From the NCBI GenBank assembly GCA_046483985.1, contig JAWOCD010000085.1, positions 14,653-78,652 of the forward strand: DNA of 64,000 nt. The letters are read 5' to 3'. Origin of the DNA: Promethearchaeia archaeon (GTDB taxonomy: Archaea; Asgardarchaeota; Lokiarchaeia; Sigyniarchaeales; SOKP01). Below, piece after piece: positions 40,141-50,478 of this stretch. The notes beneath the pieces are model-generated. The model did not search any database. It was not told the DNA's origin and worked only from the letters and a program-made list of their open reading frames with translations. Position numbers and translations under genes: made by a program. Numbering within the stretch: position 1 is the first letter of the stretch; each line of letters starts with the position of its first letter.

Positions 40141-41079
40141 CTATAAATCTAAAATAAATTGCGCTAATTTTTTCTTTTTTTCCATATTAGTCATTAAGGT
40201 ATCATAGCATGAGACTTTCATTCCTTTCTCTTTGATATTCGATTTTTGTTCGCGATCCTTTTCATCGATTACGAAGTGCCCTACAATATCGGCATAGTAT
40301 TTTGCAACCCCCCCACAAGTTGCATCGTAACCCATCGCTTTCATCAATTTATCGGCGGGTCCCTTTATTGTCCCCCCTTGTATAATCGGACTAACGGCAT
40401 AGACTTTATTTTTAAATTCCCTTAGTTTATACCTTACTTCGCCAACCTGCAGTATGGTTCCTATTGATACAATAGGGTTCGACGGAGAGATTATAATCTT
40501 CGTTGCATTTTCCAAATATCTCATTACTTTCTCTTCTGGTTTAGCGTCGTTCATGCCCTTAAATTCCACATTAAGGATTTCGGGTTTACATTTATATTTA
40601 ATATAATACTCCTCGAAATGCATCTTTCCTTTGGGAGTATCGATAAACGTCTGAACGTTTTCATTACACATAGGGATAAGTTCGGCTGAGATATTTAATT
40701 TCTTACAAATTTTCTTAGTTACCTCTGCCTTGGTAAATCCTTTTTGTAACATATCTGTTCGATATATATGCGTTGCTAAGTCTTTATCGCCGAGATTGAA
40801 CCATCCTAAGTCATAATACTTCTTTAAGATTGAGAGACAATTAAAAGATTCGCCTTGAAACCCCCATCCTTTATCTTTATCTACAAGGTTTGCTAAAGTA
40901 TAAGTAATGATATCCAAATCAGGACATATTTTCAATCCAAATAACTCAATATCATCTCCTGTATTAATAATGATTTTGAGTTTTTTAGGATCACAGACAT
41001 GCCGCAATCCATCAAGAAATTTTGCCGCTCCGACTCCGCCTGCTAAGATTACATAAAATTTATCTTCCATAAAATTCAT
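40141..41079 (-). CDS. cofD: 2-phospho-L-lactate / PEP transferase (F420 biosynthesis)
   Basis: LAGGVGAAKFL, INTGDD, ICPDLD, WFNLGDKDLATHIYRT, PSNPIVSIG, KGPADKLM. Confidence 0.95.
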   Translation of the reverse strand: MNFMEDKFYVILAGGVGAAKFLDGLRHVCDPKKLKIIINTGDDIELFGLKICPDLDIITYTLANLVDKDKGWGFQGESFNCLSILKKYYDLGWFNLGDKDLATHIYRTDMLQKGFTKAEVTKKICKKLNISAELIPMCNENVQTFIDTPKGKMHFEEYYIKYKCKPEILNVEFKGMNDAKPEEKVMRYLENATKIIISPSNPIVSIGTILQVGEVRYKLREFKNKVYAVSPIIQGGTIKGPADKLMKAMGYDATCGGVAKYYADIVGHFVIDEKDREQKSNIKEKGMKVSCYDTLMTNMEKKKKLAQFILDL

Positions 41080-42494
41080 TTCTCGTTATTTAATTTATAA
41101 ATAATTTCATTTAGATCCTTGCGATAAGGGGGTTTAATTTGTTTACGAGGACGTCCCACAGTGATAAAAGCCATGGGCTGAAAACTGGGAGGCAGATCTA
41201 AAAACTTTTTGACAATTTCCTTAGCAAATAAAGGAGCACAATACCAACAAGATGCAAGACCCCTTGATTGGAGAGCAATCAGAAAATAAATTGCTGATGC
41301 GCTAACAGATTGTACTCCTAATAAAAATTCGTTCTCATTTCGTTTCTCATCGGGATATGTTTCGAGGTCTCTTTCATCTAAAGAGAGTAAGATTAAATAA
41401 GGTGCAGCCAAAAAACGTGCCCGGGTTTTTTCAATTTTTTTAGAGATGAACTTCTCCTCCCTTCCGTCTGCTCTAAGATCCTTCCTTAGTTTCTCATTCA
41501 TTCGATTTATTAATTGTTCCCGTAGTTTGCTCTTTTTTTTTAAGATGCTGTATCTCCAGAATTGGCCATTATGAGCGCTGGGAGCCCAACGAGCGATTTC
41601 TATACATTCCTCTATTAGGGCTTTATCCACTTCTTTTTGAGAAAAGGGTAATTTATAGCTCCTTCTTCTTTTTAATACCTTTTCGACTATGTCTTCTTGA
41701 TTTTCTGGTCTAAAAAGATCTGATGATTTATCTCTGAGGATTGAGTTAATAGATACATCTTCATCATACTTATATCTATATCCTCTAACGAGTACAACGG
41801 GATTTCCTTGGTCTCCTTCTCCCATGATTAACTGAGCTGCAGAGGCTAAATTATCCGCTTGCGCCACAATTGTACTCTTCAACTTATTTCCGTATAAATC
41901 TTTCTTTCCCCTCTCATCCTTTAGTGGACTAATCCCAGATATCCCTATTGCGACTCCAACAGAACCAACTCGAAAGGGTCTTCCAAAAGAATCGGTAATA
42001 ATCACGGAAATAGACTTATGAGTTTTTTGTTCTAATTTTTTTCGGATTTTATTTGCAATTTGATCAGAATTTGAGGGTAGGATAGTAACGAAGTCCTTCC
42101 CTTCAATATTTGATGCATCGATTCCTGCATTTGCACAGATAAACCCTTGCTCTGTCTCTGTTATAATTACATGTTCATATTTTAATACGTTTTTGCTTTC
42201 TTGTAAAATAAGTTCAATTAATTGGGGAGATTTAATTGGAAGGTCCCTTTTTTGCGCTTTTTCTTTTACTTTCTTATAGATTTTAAGAGCTTGCTGACTT
42301 GGATCTACTTTACTTAAATCTCGAGTATAATTCTCCGCTTTAGAAATAATAGATTGGGCAATTAATAAAATATCTCCATCTTCTAAATTTCCATTCATTC
42401 CCTCTAAACTTTTTAAAATATGAGATACGATATTATTTCCGGATTTGACCAATGGAAAGTTTTCCAATCCAATTAATTTAATTTTATTCTTCAT
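41076..42494 (-). CDS. cofE: F420:gamma-glutamyl ligase fused to C-terminal nitroreductase (FbiB-type)
   Basis: ICANAGIDASN, ITDSFGRPFRVG, ADNLASAA; C-terminal RRS, WAPSAHNGQFW, GLASCWYCAPLF. Confidence 0.93.
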   Translation of the reverse strand: MKNKIKLIGLENFPLVKSGNNIVSHILKSLEGMNGNLEDGDILLIAQSIISKAENYTRDLSKVDPSQQALKIYKKVKEKAQKRDLPIKSPQLIELILQESKNVLKYEHVIITETEQGFICANAGIDASNIEGKDFVTILPSNSDQIANKIRKKLEQKTHKSISVIITDSFGRPFRVGSVGVAIGISGISPLKDERGKKDLYGNKLKSTIVAQADNLASAAQLIMGEGDQGNPVVLVRGYRYKYDEDVSINSILRDKSSDLFRPENQEDIVEKVLKRRRSYKLPFSQKEVDKALIEECIEIARWAPSAHNGQFWRYSILKKKSKLREQLINRMNEKLRKDLRADGREEKFISKKIEKTRARFLAAPYLILLSLDERDLETYPDEKRNENEFLLGVQSVSASAIYFLIALQSRGLASCWYCAPLFAKEIVKKFLDLPPSFQPMAFITVGRPRKQIKPPYRKDLNEIIYKLNNEK

Positions 42495-42506
42495 TTTGCT
42501 CTAATT

Positions 42507-42764
42507 TTATTTTTCTCCGACTTCTGGGGCGGAGTGGTAATTAATTTTACAATCTAAAGCAACGCTGATATTATTTTGATTGTTCCCTATTACGGAAAAG
42601 GCTGCATCTGCAAGCGAATATATGGCACCACCATAGGGAGTTTTCTGGAAGTTAAGCCTATCCTCTCTTACTTTATCTTTTGTAAAGTTATCAAGTTTTA
42701 TTCCAAATTGCTTAGCGTAGTTATCTTGCTTGAATTTTTCCTTTATTATGTCTAAACTCTCCAT
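42507..42764 (-). pseudogene. Truncated PaaI/hotdog thioesterase
   Basis: LNF...YGGAIYSLADAAF...INY hotdog motif, but only 85 aa; C-terminal strands are absent in all frames before the cofE start. Confidence 0.65.
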
Positions 42765-42789
42765 GGTAATTTTACTCCTTCTTTTTATA

Positions 42790-43848
42790 TTAAAGTCTTA
42801 AATAATTCAAATATTTTGGATTTTTTGTTAATGCAACTTCTTCGTATTTTCCGGGTAATGCACAACAAGCTGTATATACATCAAATTTTATATCATCGTC
42901 ATAGTTTTTAATCCGTTTCAACGTCTTCGGTGAAGGCATTTCAATTCTGGTAATACCGCTTTTGATTGTGTTAAGTTCTATATCAACTCTTTTTCTGGCT
43001 CGAGGCCGCATACACCCTAGGCTAATTTCGGAGTATGGGAAGGAAAGTCTACTCACTGTGGCAATTTTTGCAATATCGTAAGGTTTTGGGGCTTTGAATT
43101 TAGTTCTTTTCCCTTCTGGGGGGATTAATGCAATTAATACAAGTACGGAAGGATTAATATTGACCTTTTTTATAAACTTGAGCCCATCCAGCTCTTTGTG
43201 AACTTCTCCATAATGTAATCCGATGCAAATATGGGGGATCACATTAAGATTATATTTTTTGAGGATTTCTATTGCATTTTTATAATCTTTTACGGCTTTA
43301 TCTAAATGATAGATATTTTTAATAATCTCTTTATCAAGGTTAATATCAAAAGAAACAATATCAACTTTTGCCGATGCTAACTTTCGTGCTGTTTCTTCGT
43401 CTAAAAGTCCGGTATGGACATTAACTATTAAATTGCTTTGAGTTTTAATTTTCTCAACGGTATCGAGAAATCTTTTTAAGGGAACTGCCCCTTCTGGATC
43501 ACATCCTCCCGAAAGTAATACACCTACTCCGCCTTTTTCGATATGCTTTGTTAAAAACCCTTCCAACTCATCAATAGAAAGAATAGATTTCATTCCATTA
43601 AGATATTTCTTATTACAGTGATCACAGTTTAATGCACATTTATTTCCTGTGAGACTTACCGCTGGAAACTTTTTATCGGGAAAATATATCTTTAGATTAT
43701 TCCCAAAATTCTCTTTCTTAACCTTATATGCCTCTGAAAAAACCAGTTGGAGCTCCTTCTTGTCTGTTAAGTCTAAGATTTGTTGGTAATCCCTCCATGA
43801 CGTATTTCGAGCCCTTATACGGTCTATTAATGAACTAAGATCACTCAT
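42790..43848 (-). CDS. lipS1: Radical SAM lipoate synthase subunit LipS1
   Basis: CALNCDHC, GCMR and CC (TACCA) motifs characteristic of archaeal LipS1; adjacent to the ligase and LipS2. Confidence 0.82.
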   Translation of the reverse strand: MSDLSSLIDRIRARNTSWRDYQQILDLTDKKELQLVFSEAYKVKKENFGNNLKIYFPDKKFPAVSLTGNKCALNCDHCNKKYLNGMKSILSIDELEGFLTKHIEKGGVGVLLSGGCDPEGAVPLKRFLDTVEKIKTQSNLIVNVHTGLLDEETARKLASAKVDIVSFDINLDKEIIKNIYHLDKAVKDYKNAIEILKKYNLNVIPHICIGLHYGEVHKELDGLKFIKKVNINPSVLVLIALIPPEGKRTKFKAPKPYDIAKIATVSRLSFPYSEISLGCMRPRARKRVDIELNTIKSGITRIEMPSPKTLKRIKNYDDDIKFDVYTACCALPGKYEEVALTKNPKYLNYLRL

Positions 43849-44620
43849 ATCTTTTTAACCATCTTTCTTGTTTATATTTGTTTGAAGCTAAATCTTGTGC
43901 CAAATTATATTCATATTCTGACAAATCCTTCGTTTCCATGTCAATTTTTAACACTTCAGAGAACCCTTGCTTTAAACACGAGATAAATCTTTTTTCCTCA
44001 TAATTTTCCAGCTTTTCTTTAATTCCAATACATTTTGCATAAACCGATTCCACCATATGGGTGGTGCTTACATTATTGGGCGCTTTCAATACAGAATACA
44101 TTAATTCTGGATTGATATCCAGCAAGATTGTTCCATGTTGGAGGATATAGCCTTGTTTCTTGATTTGTGCATTTCCCGAGAACTTTTTTCCATCTAAAAA
44201 GAGTGCCGGACAGTGGATCACACCTTTGTCCGTATTTAAGCCAAATAGAGATAATGCTTTACTAATGGATGAAGTAATGAGTTCAAATTGCTCTAAAACC
44301 TTGTGTGCACCTAAATTTCGTAAAAATTTATTGGAGCATACAATTGAATATGTAATTTCACCTTCCTTATCATGAAAGACTGCACCGCCCCCTGTAATAC
44401 GCCGTACAACATTAAAACCTTCCTCTCGGGCAACTTTCGTGTCTACTTCGTGCGTTAGACTCTGATTTCGTCCTATACTCACGGTTGAGGGATCCCACTT
44501 ATAAAAGCGTAAGGTAAACTCTGCTTTTTTCTCAATGACTGCTTGGAGAATTGCCTCATCTATGCCCATATTCCAGTATCCATTATTCGTTTCTAATCCT
44601 AAAAAGCGCCATTTATTCAT
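43841..44620 (-). CDS. Lipoate/octanoate-protein ligase catalytic domain (LplA-N/LipM-like)
   Basis: NMGIDEAIL, VVRRITGGGAVFHD, GKKFSGNAQ, LQHGTIL. Confidence 0.92.
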   Translation of the reverse strand: MNKWRFLGLETNNGYWNMGIDEAILQAVIEKKAEFTLRFYKWDPSTVSIGRNQSLTHEVDTKVAREEGFNVVRRITGGGAVFHDKEGEITYSIVCSNKFLRNLGAHKVLEQFELITSSISKALSLFGLNTDKGVIHCPALFLDGKKFSGNAQIKKQGYILQHGTILLDINPELMYSVLKAPNNVSTTHMVESVYAKCIGIKEKLENYEEKRFISCLKQGFSEVLKIDMETKDLSEYEYNLAQDLASNKYKQERWLKRYE

Positions 44621-44641
44621 ACAATCACGCAGTATTTCTTT

Positions 44642-45646
44642 TTACCTCACAAACGGGGTAAGATTTTGATAAATTCTTTTCTTTTCTTTTTCGTGTAAAG
44701 GACGGGGATAATTATATATCGGTCCACTCGGTCTTGACGTATAAAAGGGTCGATTGCAGTCAGGGCATCCAGATGTCATGAATGCTTCCTTTTCCTCATC
44801 AATTACTCTCCATAGTCGATTTTTATTTATATTGAAATTTATTAAATCCTCCTTGGAGTTAAATGTAAAATCTTTTGCATGTTTGTTTTCATGAAGAATG
44901 AGATGCCTCGCCAATTGAATTTTTCGAAATCGTAATTCTGGGGGTTGCTGTAAGTTTGCCAACTTTGTTCCTTTTACTGGCGTAAAGGCAAATAATGCAG
45001 AAGTAATACACATTTTGTGCAACTTATCCAGAAGTGTGATTATTTCCTTGGTGGTCTCTCCCAATCCTACAATTAAATGGGTACTCACATTTCCTTTGCG
45101 AAAGACCTCCAAAGCCTCTTTAAGGGAATCGAAATGCCTACTCCACGAATAAGGTCCGTTTACACCATCTCCTTTTACTCTTTCGAATAATTCTTCTGTC
45201 GCCCCGTCCAAGGCAATACCTACCCGTTGTACTCCAATTAATTTGAGATGTTCCAACTGATCTTTATCCATTGGAGGGATGGCAATTGAAATGGGGATAT
45301 CGCTTACTTCCCTAATCCTTGACACAATTTCTTTTAAATCCTCAAAATTTTGGGGATACTTTAATGTCTGAATACAAATGCGTTTAAACTTTTTTAAGGC
45401 AGATAGATATTTTAATTTCATTAGAAATGTCTTGAAGTCAAATATTGGCCAGTTAATTCTCGATAATTTTTCAGCAGATGTTTTCGATGACCGAGATTGG
45501 GGACAGAAGCCACAGTTAGCACTACAATATCCCTTTTTATACGTCATGATATAACATGTGGTTGGAGCAACATCGGATTTGGTATTCCTTAACCCTAAAG
45601 CTGAAGCACTACCGATAGAAACTCGAATATTTTCTAGTACCATCAA
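44642..45646 (-). CDS. lipS2: Radical SAM lipoate synthase subunit LipS2
   Basis: CSANCGFC, LSRINWP, C-terminal TSGCPDCNRP motif. Confidence 0.85.
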   Translation of the reverse strand: MMVLENIRVSIGSASALGLRNTKSDVAPTTCYIMTYKKGYCSANCGFCPQSRSSKTSAEKLSRINWPIFDFKTFLMKLKYLSALKKFKRICIQTLKYPQNFEDLKEIVSRIREVSDIPISIAIPPMDKDQLEHLKLIGVQRVGIALDGATEELFERVKGDGVNGPYSWSRHFDSLKEALEVFRKGNVSTHLIVGLGETTKEIITLLDKLHKMCITSALFAFTPVKGTKLANLQQPPELRFRKIQLARHLILHENKHAKDFTFNSKEDLINFNINKNRLWRVIDEEKEAFMTSGCPDCNRPFYTSRPSGPIYNYPRPLHEKEKKRIYQNLTPFVR

Positions 45647-45703
45647 TTAATTAAGTTTCTATGATAAGTTAAATTTTTTTCTTACAAACCATAAAAATAC
45701 ATA

Positions 45704-46792
45704 ATGAACATTATTTTCATTGTAATTTTTCAAATTTATAAGAATAAAACCAGTACCAGCACTATCGGTGGGATAGAGACTAATACTAAGGATGTAATTA
45801 ATGGCCTGAGAAACCGGGGACATCGCGTTTGGAATACGGGAAACCGACCTATTGAGCCAGAGTGGGTGAAGGAAGGGAATATTGATATTATCGCCACCTC
45901 TACTTTTGATCCATTAACTTATTTTAAAATTATCAAATTCAAACATAGATTTCCAGACTCCGCGGTAGTTATCCACGGACACACTTCTGTTGAAGATCTC
46001 AAGGGAAATATCGTTCCGGATATTCCCTTTTTTAATTTAATTTTGAAAACGTGGTTAAGAATTATGTACGCGGCTTGTGATTTACTAATTACGCCCAGTA
46101 ATTATTCGAAAAAATGCATTGAAAATATGCAGTCCTCCATGACCTATCCTATTTATGCGGTAAGTAATGGAATCCGCATAGAAAAATTTGCGGAAAAACC
46201 TAGTTTTCGCCCTAATTTTCGAACTTTTTTAAATGAACATTATAGTATCCCTAAAAATGCAAAAATTATTCTAAATGTGGGATTAACTTGGAAAAGAAAA
46301 GGAGTTGATACCTTTGGGAAAATAGCCGCGGCCTTACCTAATTACTGGTTTGTCTGGGTGGGGCCCCTTAATGAGAATCCGGATATTGAGATAGTACGAA
46401 AATTGGAGAATGTGATATTTACGGGGTTTTATGATGATATTAGAGAACCCTACTATGGTGCAGATGTCTTCCTCAGTACCTCATATGCAGAAAATCAAGG
46501 AATCCCGTTGATTGAAGCGGCGGTCTGTCGGGTACCTATTGTTGCCAGCGATTTACCCGCTTATGATTGGATTGAACATGGAACACATTGTTATAAGTCA
46601 GATTGTGTTGATGACTATGTGTCTGGAATTCAGAAAATCATGAATGATAAACAATTCCGGGAGAAGATAGTGAAAGAGGCTCATAAAAAGGCGGTAGAAG
46701 TTCATGATTTCAAAAAGATTGGTGCAAAAATAGAAAAATTATATGCAAAAGCACAAAAAATAAAAAAAATTAAGGACCAAAAGCACGCATAA
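45704..46792 (+). CDS. Glycosyltransferase family 4
   Basis: GGIE, VSNGI, RKGVD, ENQGIPLIEA (EX7E). Confidence 0.9.
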   Translation: MNIIFIVIFQIYKNKTSTSTIGGIETNTKDVINGLRNRGHRVWNTGNRPIEPEWVKEGNIDIIATSTFDPLTYFKIIKFKHRFPDSAVVIHGHTSVEDLKGNIVPDIPFFNLILKTWLRIMYAACDLLITPSNYSKKCIENMQSSMTYPIYAVSNGIRIEKFAEKPSFRPNFRTFLNEHYSIPKNAKIILNVGLTWKRKGVDTFGKIAAALPNYWFVWVGPLNENPDIEIVRKLENVIFTGFYDDIREPYYGADVFLSTSYAENQGIPLIEAAVCRVPIVASDLPAYDWIEHGTHCYKSDCVDDYVSGIQKIMNDKQFREKIVKEAHKKAVEVHDFKKIGAKIEKLYAKAQKIKKIKDQKHA

Positions 46793-46883
46793 TCAAACAA
46801 TCTTCTTTTAAAGATAAAAAAATAAATTCAATTTTACATTTAAGAAAACAAGGAAAGGAAATATCAAAGTACGTGTAAGTTCT

Positions 46884-49682
46884 ATGGATTCTAAATACGA
46901 ACCCGAAAAAATTGAAAAAAAATGGCAAGAGCGATGGGAAAAGGATAAAATATTTGAGAGCAAAAAGGATGAAGAAAACGATAAGTATTATGTCCTCGAA
47001 ATGTATCCTTATCCGTCTGGGAAATTACATATGGGCCATCTTCGGAACTATACCATCGGAGACTCGTTTGCCCGATTCAAGCGAATGCGAGGATATAATG
47101 TCCTGTATCCGATGGGCTACGATTCCTTTGGGCTCCCTGCAGAGAATGCAGCAATTGATCACGGCGTAAACCCCGAAAAATGGACCGACGAAAATATCGA
47201 AGTCATGAAAGAGCAACAAAAACGAATTGGGCTCTCCTATGACTGGACGCGCCAAATTATGAGCCACGATCCGAATTACTTTAAATGGGATCAGTGGTTT
47301 TTCCTAAAGATGTTGGAAAATGACCTCGCTTATCGGGAAAACTCATATGTAAATTGGTGTCCAAAGTGTGTGACTGTGTTAGCAAATGAGCAAGTTCAAG
47401 ATGGAAAATGCTGGCGATGTGATACAGAGGCGGAACAAAAGTTTCTGACACAATGGTTTCTCAAAATTCGCGCCTATGCGGAAGAGCTAATTGAGGGATT
47501 AGAAAAGGTTGATTGGCCTGAAAAGGTCAAAATAATGCAGAGAAACTGGATTGGGCGCTCTGAAGGGACAATCATTAAGTTTCCCGTAGTTAATGAAGAG
47601 AGAACCATTGATATCTTCACCACTCGTCCAGATACAATTTTTGGTGTGACCTTTATGGTTTTTGCGCCCGAACATCCATGGGTAAGAGAATGGGTAGAGG
47701 ATACCGAATATGAAGATGATTTTAATGCACTATACAAGGAAGTTATGCAACAAGATAAATTTGAGCGTACAGATCTTGAAGTAGAGAAAAAAGGAATGTT
47801 TATCGGGAAACATGCTGTTAATCCTATGACTGATGAGGAGATCCCAATTTATGTAGGAAATTTTGTGATCTACGAATATGGTGCTGGCGCTGTTATGGCC
47901 GTACCCGCACATGACCAAAGAGATTTTGAATTCGCTCAAGAATATGGTATACCTGTGAAAGTGGTAATCCAGCCCCATCAATATGAGTTAAATGCTGAAA
48001 AAATGTCTCGTGCCTATGAAGGAGATGGAGTACTCGCTAATTCGGGAGAATTTAACGGCATGGAAAATCAAACCGCACAACGAGCAATTTCCGAAAAATT
48101 AGAAGAGATTGACGCGGGATATGCAACTATCAATTATAAGTTAAGAGATTGGCTTATCTCGAGACAGAGATATTGGGGATGTCCAATTCCGATCATCTAT
48201 TGTGACGATTGCGGCGCCGTGCCCGTTCCTTATGAGGACCTTCCAGTTATGCTCCCAGAAGATGTAGAATTTACGGGTCAAGGAAATCCGATCGAGACCA
48301 GTGAAAGCTTTCATGAGGTAAAGTGCCCTAGGTGTGGGAAAGAAGGAGATGGAGTTAGACGAGAAACCGATACAATGGATACGTTTGTAGACAGCTCTTG
48401 GTATTTTTTTGCATTTTGTAACCCCCCATCCGTTGATGCTGAGCTCCCTTATGATAGAGAAAAGATAGATTATTGGGGTAATGTGGATCAATATATTGGA
48501 GGTATAGAGCATGCAGTTATGCATCTTCTCTATGCACGATTTTGGACGAAAGTAACCCGAGATCTCGGTCTTCATTCCCACGATGAACCTTTTCAAGGAT
48601 TACTGACTCAAGGAATGATTAACAAGGCACATCCCTATTGCTCAGAATGCGAAACATTTGCATTAAAATCCGAAAAAGATAACGAAAGGTGTAAGAGATG
48701 CGGAACGGAGTATGTATCAAAATCAGTAAAGATGAGTAAATCATTGGGAAATACCGTGGATCCCACCAGAATTATGGGGAAATATGGGGCCGATGCTGCA
48801 CGATTCTTTATTCTATTTGGTGCCAGTCCGGAATCCGGTCTTGAATGGTCAGAAGATGGAGTGGGATTTGCAGCAAAATTCATGAATAATACCTATCAAT
48901 TATTGTCAGAACCGCCAGAAAAGATTCGGGCAGAGGAAACGATCAATGATACCCTTATTATTTATAATCTGCATAAAACGATCAAAGAGGTTACGGAATT
49001 TTTTAGCAAGTTGTCGATTAGGAAAGCAGTGAATACGATAATTCAATTTACCACAGAATTCAAGAAATATTTAGTTAGAGGGGTCAATAAAAGTATTTAC
49101 GGGGAATGCCGTGAAACACTTGCGTTGTTACTTCACCCAGTTGCCCCTCATATGACTGAAGAAATTTGGGAACTACTCGGAAAAGATGATTATATTAGTC
49201 TTGCCTCATGGCCACAATACGATGAAGATATCCTATCAGAAGAAAATAGTTACAAATGGCTCTTAATGAATGATATCCTTGAATCTATTAACCATATCCG
49301 GAGCGTAGCAAACATTGATGATATTAATACTATCAAAGTCATTATCGCTGATAAATGGAAACATCAGTTTTATACAGATCTTATGGATGCGCTAAAAACC
49401 ACGAAAAATCAAGGAGAAATCATGTCCCAAATTATGCAACAGGAAGAATTGAAGCCGCATGGAAAGTTTATTTCTCAAACGGTGTCAAAGGTATTAAAGA
49501 ATATTGGGAAATATTCCGCGAGTGTCCTTCCGCCAGAGGAAGAGTATGAATTCTTTGAGGAAATTATTCCAGTGTTCGAAGAAAAATACGACGCAAAAAT
49601 TGACATCCAAAAGGAGGCAAACTCTTCTGAAAAGAAAGCCAATATTGCCCTTCCGGGAAGACCAGCATTGATTATTGAATAA
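46884..49682 (+). CDS. leuS: Leucyl-tRNA synthetase (bacterial-type core, archaeal-type C-terminal domain)
   Basis: PYPSGKLHMGH, NWIGRSEG, FTTRPDT, AVPAHDQRD, DWLISRQRYWG, KMSKS, C-terminal ALPGRPALIIE. Confidence 0.97.
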   Translation: MDSKYEPEKIEKKWQERWEKDKIFESKKDEENDKYYVLEMYPYPSGKLHMGHLRNYTIGDSFARFKRMRGYNVLYPMGYDSFGLPAENAAIDHGVNPEKWTDENIEVMKEQQKRIGLSYDWTRQIMSHDPNYFKWDQWFFLKMLENDLAYRENSYVNWCPKCVTVLANEQVQDGKCWRCDTEAEQKFLTQWFLKIRAYAEELIEGLEKVDWPEKVKIMQRNWIGRSEGTIIKFPVVNEERTIDIFTTRPDTIFGVTFMVFAPEHPWVREWVEDTEYEDDFNALYKEVMQQDKFERTDLEVEKKGMFIGKHAVNPMTDEEIPIYVGNFVIYEYGAGAVMAVPAHDQRDFEFAQEYGIPVKVVIQPHQYELNAEKMSRAYEGDGVLANSGEFNGMENQTAQRAISEKLEEIDAGYATINYKLRDWLISRQRYWGCPIPIIYCDDCGAVPVPYEDLPVMLPEDVEFTGQGNPIETSESFHEVKCPRCGKEGDGVRRETDTMDTFVDSSWYFFAFCNPPSVDAELPYDREKIDYWGNVDQYIGGIEHAVMHLLYARFWTKVTRDLGLHSHDEPFQGLLTQGMINKAHPYCSECETFALKSEKDNERCKRCGTEYVSKSVKMSKSLGNTVDPTRIMGKYGADAARFFILFGASPESGLEWSEDGVGFAAKFMNNTYQLLSEPPEKIRAEETINDTLIIYNLHKTIKEVTEFFSKLSIRKAVNTIIQFTTEFKKYLVRGVNKSIYGECRETLALLLHPVAPHMTEEIWELLGKDDYISLASWPQYDEDILSEENSYKWLLMNDILESINHIRSVANIDDINTIKVIIADKWKHQFYTDLMDALKTTKNQGEIMSQIMQQEELKPHGKFISQTVSKVLKNIGKYSASVLPPEEEYEFFEEIIPVFEEKYDAKIDIQKEANSSEKKANIALPGRPALIIE

Positions 49683-49748
49683 ACTTTAATTTTTTTAAGT
49701 TTAACTCTCTTCTAATACTATCTATTTTATAAATTCGACTTATCTTAT

Positions 49749-50369
49749 TTGATATCATCCATGTCGCCTATGAAGTTATCAGAAAAAATGAAATTCTTTA
49801 ACATTGGCCGTTATAAAGAGGAACGGGATACGTTTTATGAATGGAAAAGCAAAAATTTTAATAAATCCATCTCCTTTATCGTGCACTCCACGCGGAGTGC
49901 TCCAGAAAGAGATATCTTTTATACCATAAACAAAAAAGATTATAAAGCCGTTTATTATATTCCAGAAGATATTGATGCGGTATTTACGATAGGTGCGGAC
50001 CCAGATATTCAATCCGTCATTTTAGAAGCACTCTTAGAATATCTCCATAATAAGTTTTTCGAAATGTATGAAGGTTCTCTCCTTACGGCATGTTATGGAG
50101 AAAGATGCGATATTTTTAACGGGTTTACGGATGTGCTCCTTGACTCGTTTAGGAATTTTAGAGAATTAGATTTGGTAAAAGCGACCAGGGTTAATTGCAA
50201 GGCGTGTAAAAAGAACATGCAAGTGTATATAAAAAAATCCTTAATTGAGAATGCCTCACAATTTCCGGTTCCTATCGTCTTTGTTCATTCCGGACACGCG
50301 CTCTTAATATATATAGATAGGCAGTACAAGACTCGAGGAACGGGGCTGGTTTCTCTTTCTTATAAATAA
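49749..50369 (+). CDS. Hypothetical protein: longin-like N-domain plus CxxC/HxxH C-terminal module
   Basis: Beta-beta-alpha-beta-beta-beta-alpha pattern (VFTIGAD...ILEALLEYL); CKAC...FPVPIVFVHSGHALLIYID...TRG. Confidence 0.7.
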   Translation: MISSMSPMKLSEKMKFFNIGRYKEERDTFYEWKSKNFNKSISFIVHSTRSAPERDIFYTINKKDYKAVYYIPEDIDAVFTIGADPDIQSVILEALLEYLHNKFFEMYEGSLLTACYGERCDIFNGFTDVLLDSFRNFRELDLVKATRVNCKACKKNMQVYIKKSLIENASQFPVPIVFVHSGHALLIYIDRQYKTRGTGLVSLSYK

Positions 50370-50478
50370 GATTAATGATCATCAGGATAAATTCTCCATT
50401 TTCTTGTATTTCTCTTATCCATAAAAACTTTAAAAATATCGGTAGTTAATCTTTAATAAAAGTATTTTATCTATAGCT

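Noticed and set aside
42790-45646. Biotin synthase (BioB) call for the two radical SAM genes
   Set aside because: GCMR/CC and TxGCPxCNRP motifs plus the intervening lipoate ligase fit LipS1/LipS2 better.
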